A DNA stretch of 64,000 nt from Pocillopora damicornis (Eukaryota): contig NW_020846824.1 of the NCBI RefSeq assembly GCF_003704095.1, forward strand, positions 248,001-312,000, given 5' to 3'. Each line of letters starts with the position of its first letter. The first letter of the stretch is position 1. Below, in pieces: positions 49,301 to 60,199 of this stretch. A model generated the notes under the pieces. The model had not been told where the DNA came from, ran no database searches, and saw only the letters and a program-made list of their open reading frames with translations. A program made the translations under genes and the position numbers.

Positions 49301-52300
49301 CAAAATTAAACATTTCTTTAGTTATCTATACGAATCGATTTCGTCATTATCAAAACGATCCCAAAGCTTAATTATCTTTGACTGCATGTCACGATAGCGT
49401 TTTCGTTGAATTCTTGGGAGTTTAGCTTGACTAACAAGTTCCACCTGAAGCTTTGCTAGCATTGCTTCACTGTGCTGAAATTTCACTGGCAGATAAAATT
49501 GCAGCTGATGGCGGTAAGAGGCTCTTTGGTTCATCCTATTGTGCCAACCCTCAATGTAGCTGTTGGTACCGATATTCCCATGTTTTTCTCACGTATTAAA
49601 AAAGGTTTTGTAGGGCGGCGTTCTGGTCAGCCTGTTGTACGAGCCGGTTAAACATGTCCTCAACGTCGTCTGAGGGCCTGAAGTCCCAAATATTGGATCT
49701 GATGAGGTAATAAAATACAAGTAAGAACAGATTTCNNNNNNNNNNNNNNNNNNNNNNNNNNNNNNNNNNNNNNNNNNNNNNNNNNNNNNNNNNNNNNNNN
49801 NNNNNNNNNNNNNNNNNNNNNNNNNNNNNNNNNNNTAAATTTTCCTCGTTATCCATTTCCCGCTGATAAAGAAATGTTTAGCCCTTCCTATTTTATAGGG
49901 AAGATATCACAACCTCTATTACAAGATAACCTGAACAAAGGCGCCGAATGAAGACGATTTAATATCAGTTTCGGTTAATTTACAAGTGGTATCCTGCTTG
50001 TTCAAACTGGTTGATAGGTACGATTACAACAATTTTCATTTCGGCATAAACAACCGACACTAACGAATCTAAAAAGAAAAATCTTCAAAGATTTAGATCA
50101 AGTTTAGTTCAACAGAGAGAAATAACCAAGGACGGTTTATGAAAAATTAGGATATTTCCCTACTTTAAAAAGGCTAAACAACCTTTCCATGCACAAAAAG
50201 AAAACGGCAAATGCAGGCATTATACGTTAGATTTGACTTGAGAAAACTAGCGAAGTAAGATGAACAGGTAGAATATGTTGAAAGAATGTTTTTTTGAACT
50301 GGGCTAGTATTTTCTAGGAATTTGTATCGAACTGAGCAAACTTTTACACTTGCCAGTTCTACTGAAAAGAGGTTAGCTTGAATATGAAACAACATAATTT
50401 ATGTCACATTTAGATAAATATATGTTATTTGCCGGCTGGGAGGTCCGTATGGTGAAAAACTGTGACCGAGGTCTTGAAAATGCTGCCCTCGGCCTACGGC
50501 CTCGGGCAGTATTTTCAAGACCTCGGTCACAGTTTTTCACCATACGGACCTCCCAGCCGGCAAATAACATATATATATATCCTCCTAGGTTCGGCAGCAT
50601 TCAAAAATTGGTGACAAATTTTTCCATGGGCTTTTTCCCTTTTCTTTTTACTAGGAATACACATTGTAAAACGCTTCATCTGTTTCAAGTTGTATATGTA
50701 TAGTAAACCGATAAATGCCCGGAATCGAGACATCGTGGAGAAAAGGCTGACTCTGCCAAAAGAATTACCTGTTTGTTCCTTTCTGCTTTTAGCTCAGTAC
50801 CAAGTCGATAAGGGTGATACTTAAATACAATTATTCACGTTTTTTTGCGCAAAGAAGTTTCACTATTTTTGTGCATTTTTAGAAGAAGCTAAGCCCCTTG
50901 AGCTTGTATGCAATTCACCTGTGATTTTCTTCAAACCAGAGCAGACTATGTATAAGATCAGTTATGACCAAAACACCATTATGGAAAGAACTATCAATCC
51001 CACCAGTCTCTAACTAACAAATTTGCAGGTGATTCTGGAAACATTATAGTAAAACATAAGGTAAGGCTGCAGAAATAATCCCCAACTCATTCAGGAGGGA
51101 GTCTCTACAAACATTGATCTTGTTTCTTGAGCTTCAAGGCAGTTTTATTAAAGGAGAAAAGGTATTTCAGCAAGCCAGCCCAAACTAAAATATCTAAAAT
51201 TTATTGCTCAAAGAAATCAAACAATTTCTTAGGAAGATTCATAATTCCTTAAAGTCCTCTTGCATTGTTAGGGGCCAATTGCCTAAGCCAATTCTTTTTT
51301 CTTTTCTTGTGTAGCAGTTTATTTAACCATGCATGAAAGTGTGCTTATTCCAGGAAATTCACATGTGAATGGGACAGAATTTGACAGCACTTTAACACCT
51401 ATAGGCTAATACCACTCTGACACCCTCTGTAACCCTCCCTTCTTGGTCAAAATCAAGTGCATTGAAAAATATTGCAGACTCAAGTCTCTCCTAAGGACCA
51501 TCAGTGCTATCACCATGTGACACTCATTTAAAGAAAATGAATAAAAAGCTACGCTTTTGCAAGTCTAGGATTTGTGTTCACTTTGAAGCTAGATGTAGAA
51601 CAAAAATGTTATTTATCCCAGGGGATATCACATTGCCAGTGCATGTTAGAATTGCTAAATTGTCAGCTGTCTACTTCATGCAGTGAGGCACCTTCTCCCT
51701 GGTTTTGAGAACCACGAAAACTTTATCTTGAATGAGCACTACATACTCTTGACTAATTTGGATGGAAACAATTGGAAGACAGAAGGCAGGATTATTTAAT
51801 TGCACTTTGGGAATTTAAGGGTTAAATGGCAGAATCCAGTGAGAATACATGATAAAAGATATAAACAATATTCAACTTATACTCACAGCATCAACATGTT
51901 TGATGGAAGCAATGCATATTAAACACACACTTGAGCCAGGTTTACAGGAATCAATCAAGTACTGGGCAGTTTTGCCCAAGTCTGCCTCATTGTCTACAGG
52001 GGAGAAATGCAGCAAATTCCCTGATAAGTACAGATAAAACCTTGTAAATGAACACAAATAGCCCCCTAATATTTACTGAATTAGTTTCAGAAAAAAAAAA
52101 TTATAGCGATTGTGGATATCTGGTTTGCTAAGATCTTGGGACATATGAAGTAACCAAAGTTTGGAGCCTGACTGTCATGTTTACCAAATGAAAACACCTG
52201 CGCTTAAGTTTAGTAGCATAATCAGTTGAAGAGCCTTTCGATGACATTCATGGCACTAGCAAAATTGGCTCAGGAATGACTTAGCCTGCCCAAGCAATCC

Positions 52301-53440
52301 CATTAGTCATCTTCACCATACATAATTCAAGTTCCATGGGAATTTCTTGCTGAAAGCAGGCCACTACACTAGAAAAATAGACATGTTTAATTTGGTGCTT
52401 CCCCTCCACTATCCCATGTCCAACTAAAATTATTTATTGATGGCCAGGTGGGATTTTCTACCACATCATTTTTCCACAACAGAAGTTGATAATGGGCTCT
52501 CAAGATTGCTTTTTGAAGAGTAACCTGGGTCAAGGGCAACCTATTTGACTGGGCTTGTTTCTTCCTAAAAAGCAACCAACTCGGTTCTGTCACAGACAAC
52601 ATTTCGGGGAGATTTTGGGGAGATAAAGTTGACACACAAATTTCTTGATTGAAGCCATAATCTCAATTCTGGGAATCACTACTGCACCTCCAAGCTCAGA
52701 AAGACAAATGATGATTTCAGTTTCCAGGAAAGTCTTCCAGCATGTAGCATTCCCTTTTCACAAAAAAGAGCCAGCGTTGTCTGCTCCACTTTTAGCAGGG
52801 GAGAGGGGGGGGGGGGGGTGGCTGCCTTTTTTAGGGCATAATGCACAAAAACTTGCTTGACAGCAACAAAAGGGATGATCTTGCAAGACTTGAATAATGT
52901 CTGGGAGCCAAGATGAATCAGCCTTTCGTTATGTTTCAAGGAATGAAAAGGAGAAAGGAGGGAGGAGGGTTTGGGAATGGAGGGGAAATGCTAAATTAAA
53001 TATGTGCATTTTTCAGCGCTGTAAAAATTTTTCCTTCTCTACAAAGTTTAACATTAACTAACATAACTGTCCAGTTTAACAATATCTATTTCATTATACT
53101 TCATACTTTGTGAGGTACTCCTGTACTCCTGGAGTGTTTTGTTCAATATTTCACTGTCGTTGATTTCATCATCCTCCGAAGACTCTTCAAACTCGTCGTC
53201 CAATTTCTCCAAATACTTTTTCGCAGATTCTTTTATTTTATTCGCCTTTTCCTGTCTTTCTCTGGACACTTCAGTTCTTTGGGGAGACTCTCCATTATTG
53301 GCCACAGCGCTACTTGAACTTCCCCATTTTGAAGAGGAAGGAAGTGTACCTACATTTCGTCCAGTCGGCTTTGTACTGTTTTGCTCGTTTCCACGGCCAC
53401 GTCCCCGGCCTCTCCCCAGAAATAGTGGCCTTTTATTCAT
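31366..53440 (-). CDS. NFXL1: NF-X1-type zinc finger protein NFXL1
   Basis: Exon 1 53440-53107 (RG-rich, acidic); exon 2 51993-51887 ([13 protein letters not shown]); 13.4-kb intron; exon 3 38443-38313 ([27 protein letters not shown]-like). Many NF-X1 finger exons follow between 38152 and 32105 ([39 protein letters not shown]). The last exon 31536-31366 encodes a basic stretch and a C-terminal TM ([22 protein letters not shown]), which distinguishes NFXL1 from NFX1. Confidence 0.92.
31570..31920 (+). mobile_element. CORE-type SINE-like element in the last NFXL1 intron
   Basis: Same core and tail as 27057-27412, so it was inserted before the segmental duplication. Confidence 0.6.
35366..35720. 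mobile_element. Interspersed repeat insertion (GACAGAATTGGACT.. head) in an NFXL1 intron
   Basis: CpG-richer island in an AT-rich intron, with an internal direct repeat ATCGGGCTGGTGATAA (x2). Family assignment is from recollection only. Confidence 0.45.
39890..40972. mobile_element. Non-autonomous DNA-element-like insertion with AAAACCG arrays at both ends and a nested short inverted-repeat element (about 40516-40632)
   Basis: AAAACCG(A/C) arrays at 39910-39980 and 40740-40955; internal GTGTAGCC...GGCTACAC inverted pair. The block is absent from the homologous flank of vWA copy B (39760-39890 ~ 43725-43857; 40975-41200 ~ 44030-44250). Confidence 0.6.
42238..43491 (+). CDS. vWA(MIDAS)-papain-like protease protein, copy A (3' part lost in gap)
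   Basis: ATG at 42238, just after a TTTAG acceptor (5'UTR intron). Motifs [12 protein letters not shown] (DxSxS), [10 protein letters not shown] and LFVLSDGDP. The uninterrupted ORF runs into the gap at QEKQEGH, the start of the protease domain. Confidence 0.85.
44802..46016 (+). CDS. vWA(MIDAS)-papain-like protease protein, copy B (3' part lost in gap)
   Basis: ATG at 44802, after a TTGCAG acceptor. Motifs [22 protein letters not shown] and [12 protein letters not shown] is open up to the gap. Confidence 0.85.
46117..48039 (+). CDS. vWA-papain-like cysteine protease-Zn ribbon protein, copy C (gapped; the only copy with a visible C-terminus)
   Basis: Fragments 46117-46296 and 46515-46742 are homologous to copy B. 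47138-48039 encodes [12 protein letters not shown] (Gln..Cys 47263), FGHAVVL (His 47629) and [17 protein letters not shown] (Asn 47677), then CPRC-x16-CPKC. Confidence 0.85.
48398..48460. repeat. Poly-A/C simple repeat (AAAAAC)n
   Basis: Directly visible; absent from the paralogous flank at about 50190. Confidence 0.9.
48680..49735 (-). mobile_element. Degenerate Mutator/MULE-like transposon end with a transposase C-terminal fragment
   Basis: The minus strand encodes [48 protein letters not shown] (TNNxxEGWHxxxN MULE-type motif), with an upstream stop. Subterminal TTCGCAC repeats lie at 48685-48770. Homology to the paralogous flank (49836-50395) ends at about 48675. Confidence 0.65.
50418..50574. 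mobile_element. Near-perfect ~157-bp palindromic MITE-like element flanked by TA repeats
   Basis: Arm ATATATGTTATTTGCCGGCTGGGAGGTCCGTATGGTGAAAAACTGTGACCGAGGTCTTGAAAAT is followed by its reverse complement. Both strands give the same spurious ORF. Confidence 0.9.
52390..52860 (-). mobile_element. Frameshifted relic of a transposon-associated ORF in NFXL1 intron 1
   Basis: Fragments [19 protein letters not shown] and [35 protein letters not shown] resemble the GxD..F.GKGK..W and LPPT..L..RA.YQ..W motifs of a widespread invertebrate mobile ORF family. The relic is broken by stops and frameshifts; superfamily not assigned. Confidence 0.5.
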
Positions 53441-53667
53441 TTATGTTTCTATATAGAACTTTCAACGCCGCATTTTCCTCAAATCAATAACAAAGACCGA
53501 GAAGTTATTTCTTTATCAACGACAATGTTCGACGCTCACGAGAGCGCACACGAGAAAATTTCTTAAATCTGAGCCTGATGTAAGCAGCGGCTTGTACTGC
53601 AACAAATATATATGTCATGTAATGATATGTGAACTTTTTGACAAACGCTGATTCACCACAAAGTAAC
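53441..53667. promoter_or_regulatory. Bidirectional promoter between NFXL1 and the PUB-domain gene
   Basis: Only 227 bp separate the divergent ATGs. CpG-containing, with AGCGCACACGAGAAAAT at 53543-53559. Confidence 0.7.
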
Positions 53668-56360
53668 ATGGCTTCCAACTCTGTACGTCTTGGTTTCGAT
53701 TTAGATTTTGTTACGTTAATTTTATACTCGTAAACTTGTGGTCTGTAATTTTTTGCCTTTGATATCAACCTAGTCGAATGCTGTTTTCATTTTATTTCAC
53801 AGGGCGGAAGTAAGCTTGGAGAAGGAGAAAGAGAACAATCCTTGATTTCATCACTGGAATCGCTTTGTAAAGAACATGATCGTGAAACTGCTCGAAAAGC
53901 GATAGAAACACTATTAACACTGGCTAAGTAAAGCTATAACTATTTAATATTTAGAGGATTTTTACGGTTCATACTCTCACAAGCTTGATGTTTAACTCGT
54001 TTTCCACTACTTTGTTTGATAGCTTGTAGTTAAAGCTATGCTGATAATGAGTACGTGCTTTAAAATTTTAGGAAAGTAAAAATAAGGAGGACTGTTTTGA
54101 AGGAAGACTTTCTGGACCATAATGGGAGGTTGCAACTTAAATGTCAACAGCGACTTCCTCTGTCAAAGATTTGAGTGTTATTTCATTTGTTAATTGATTT
54201 ATTTAGTTTTTACCTATCATCTGACATGATATTACAGGGTTGCGTCTTTTTTTCCACAGTAACATAGTTAGATCTCCAACAGATGAAAAATATCGAAAGG
54301 TTAAAAAACAAAACAAGTCATTTTCTGTAAGAGTGTGGCAGCTAGCAGAAGCTCAGGAGTTTCTTTTCAGTTGGGGGTGGCAGGAGGTACTGTGTAGTTT
54401 ATGTGAGAATTAAATAAATACCACAAAGTTAAATTTCAAAAAACTAAAATAAGGCTGATTTGAATTTTTGTTAAAAGCAAAATTGTCTGAATTTGTCTTT
54501 AGGATAATGACCATGTTGTTCTTCCATCAGATGAGGATGTTCAACTTGTTAAACAAATATTAATGAAGAAATTGAAGTAAGCTTCTTTGTGTGTTGGTTT
54601 GTTGTTACCTGACTTATACAAACGCTTACTCTCCTACCATGATGTAAAGAATTAGATTTTTCTCCCATGAGATTGCACCTTTATCCACAGAAACTTTACT
54701 TTCCTTTTTCAGCAACATTCCTTCAAGATCAAGTTCAGGAGCAGCCTCTAATTCTGAACCTGTAAGTCATCAACCTTTTTTTAATTTTGCCAGATTGTTT
54801 CAAATTGATCTTCTTTTAGAACAATGCTCAAGTATATTAAATTTTCTGATATTAATGCTGAGAGACCAGAGTTTTGGAGAATTCTCTGCTCACTAAGCAG
54901 AATTCTGTAGCTAAGTTCCAATGGCCCAAGTTATTTTTCAGTTATCAAGGAGGTAAGTTTTGAAAGAAACTATGGTGTTGCATTGGTGGGAGAGGATAAT
55001 AGGGTAATTTAGGTTTATCAAATTAGTTGATATCATAAATTGGCCACCATAAAGAGTTTCAAAGCTGACGTTTCAAGCTTTAGCCCTTTGTCAATTACTC
55101 CGACAAAGGGCTGACTTCATTCTAAATGGCATGGCTCTCATGGCAAGTATTCGTAGAAACCTTATGGTTTTAGTGCCATCAAGAAAATGCAGTAATATTG
55201 TTTTGTTCATAGTCACAAATGTGTAATACCAACCCTTGAAGCTTGCGAGGTTGATTTTCATTTAACAAAAACAGCTTACAGAGAGAGAAAGACAATTACA
55301 AGAGGAAAGAAGGAAAGTTTTGGAAAAGAAAAAGTTTGAGGATCAGGAAAAAGCAAGAATCAAAGCACAGGTAGAAAAAAAAATTCTCATTTATATCAAG
55401 GAGGAAGTTCTCTAATTGTTGGAGATAGAACTGGGTCCGTCACTGGGTATATAACTTTGCTCTGTTCATGTCTAACTTGCACACAGATCCAGGCTGACAG
55501 AAAGAACATAAAAGACAGGGAAATGAGAGAGTCAGTAAGTACCAAAGTGGTTAGAGTGTCTTCAACTTCTGCTTTGAATAAACCTTGTAGATCTCTATTG
55601 ATTGTATCCTCTCACAGAGAGCAAGAAAACCGGAAAAATTTGGTGGAAAAATAACCAAATTTGGGGACATTGGTGTGGATCTAAACAAGGTATGTGATAT
55701 TCATTAGACAAACTTCCATGTCTTCTAGAATTACAGTAAAAAAGTAAATGATTTACTCTATAAGTATCATTTTAATGTTATCAATTATTACACTGCACGT
55801 GGACTATACTTAGTCTGAATGGAGCTGCAAAAGCCAAGCTGGGTGCACACAAAATAAAATGTGTATGGTCTTTAGAAGAACAAGATGGAGTTAGTTAACA
55901 TAAGATTATAATCCTTAAGTAGTTGGATGTAGTAAGTCATTTTTTACTTCAATTGGTAGGTGTCTCAATCTGATTGGCCAATTTGCAGTTGTAGATAAGA
56001 GTATAGACAACACTGCATGGTCAACATGTCACGGAATTGTCGCATGCCAAAAGAATGGTTTTATTTGATATTATAGTAAAAAACAAAGTGAAAGTGTTTT
56101 AGCATGGTCTCTACCCTTACACAGGGGTCAAAATTTGGTACAGACTTACTCAGCTGCACTTCAAGAGACCACATCATTTTGACCACTGTGATTACAAATA
56201 TTGTTGTTGTTTAGAGTACAGACCATATCAAACCATTGTCAATTTGTCAGTTTGCAAAACTGCTTGACACCATCAGGTAGTTTAACTACAGAGAAGGTCA
56301 TGAAAAATAATTGTAATATTCAGATGTCTCTTGTATTTTCAGGGTGGAGGATGAGGATAA
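53668..56360 (+). CDS. PUB-domain + coiled-coil protein with penultimate selenocysteine (C-terminus GGGUG), ~207 aa; putative selenoprotein
   Basis: Exons 53668-53682, 53803-53927, 54260-54386, 54503-54576, 54713-54761, 55275-55370, 55487-55534, 55618-55689 and 56343-56360, all GT-AG and phase-consistent. PUB signature AIETLLTLANNIVRSPTDEKYRKVKKQNKSFSVRVWQLAEAQEFLFSWGW; charged helix ERERQLQEERRKVLEKKKFEDQEKARIKAQIQADRK. The last exon reads GGT GGA GGA TGA GGA TAA and a SECIS follows. Confidence 0.88.
54945..55115. repeat. Interspersed repeat (AAGCTGACGTTTC family); related copy at about 60600-60770
   Basis: 54955-55035 is approximately the reverse complement of 60688-60765, and both loci carry AAGCTGACGTTTC. 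Confidence 0.6.
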
Positions 56361-56419
56361 GTTTTCTCTTGATCCAAGTTCCAGGAATTCAAATAACTAT
56401 TTAAGGCTGCTACTGCTGA

Positions 56420-56486
56420 CCACAGCATATGACAACATCTCTGGAAAAGCTTAATAAAGCTTCAGAGATGTTTGATGAAGCTGGGG
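56420..56486 (+). promoter_or_regulatory. Eukaryotic SECIS element, type II
   Basis: Helix I CCACAGC/GCTGGGG. Core A-TGAC (56429-56433) opposite TGAT (56473-56476). Helix II AACATCTCTGG(A)/(T)TCAGAGATGTT. Unpaired AAA at 56445-56448. Apical mini-stem GCTT-AATA-AAGC. Confidence 0.9.
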
Positions 56487-57253
56487 AATACAGAATTTAA
56501 AATTTATTTCAATTAAATTGTAATGGATTGTTTTTACATAGGACTTCCATTTTCATTTGCTCTCTTAGACTATAGGAAATGGACTCACTGGTTTGGAAAT
56601 GTAATGTTGAGGGTAAATGTGATGTGAGTAAGGCCTGTTATAGACAACCTGCTTGTTTGCACCTAATAATGAAATGGGAGATTAATTACACAAAAACTGG
56701 AATTCTTACTCTTAAGCTCTGTGACAGAATAAACCAAACTGTTTTTGCTTTGTTTACTAGTTGTTTATTTTCAATACTTGGAATTATTTTTTACACAGCA
56801 AGATGGCAAACAGCTGGTTGAAGCTTTCAGAACTGAAAAATAAAACAAAAAAGTGGATGTTTGGTTCCAGGTCTAAAACCTTACTGGTAGATGACCTAAA
56901 ATTAAAAAGAAATAAAAAACAAAAACAAACGAATTCAGGATCTAAGTATGAAGGTACATATTAATTTCTGGATAGTCTCCCTAAAGACATTTTAAAATGC
57001 CCCTTCTTATAAAAGAGTGATATAAGGTTCTATTCCTGGAAAATCATGTTCTTGGACGATAATGGCCATGTCATTTGTACATTTCTCTGAGAACTGCCAT
57101 AATCAACTCTTCAATGAAAGGGAAAAAAAAAACAAACTTTCTTGCCAAATGTCAAAATTCTGAAAACTGATATAGCTTAGGTCCCATCCACCACAAAGCA
57201 TCCTTAATTATTTGGCTAAATCACAGTAAACATTATACAAATACCTGGTAACT

Positions 57254-60117
<2,864 letters not shown>

Positions 60118-60199
60118 GATGACTGCCGCGAAAGAGAACAATCCCATCTACCATTGGGAGCTTTGAGACACTAGCGCACGCGCAAAAATCAATATCGCC
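60118..60199. promoter_or_regulatory. Very compact bidirectional promoter with a TCT/5'TOP initiator for RPS3
   Basis: 82 bp between divergent ATGs. The minus strand has TTCTCTTTC at about 60138-60130, typical of ribosomal-protein TOP starts. NRF1-like GCGCACGCGC at 60174-60183. Confidence 0.75.

Noticed and set aside
50373-50703. ORFs on both strands with identical peptide ([20 protein letters not shown]...)
   Set aside because: Artefact of the palindromic element.
56352-56354. Treating this TGA as the ordinary stop of the PUB gene
   Set aside because: The Gly-Gly-TGA-Gly-TAA context plus a complete SECIS 74 nt downstream make Sec decoding the better explanation.
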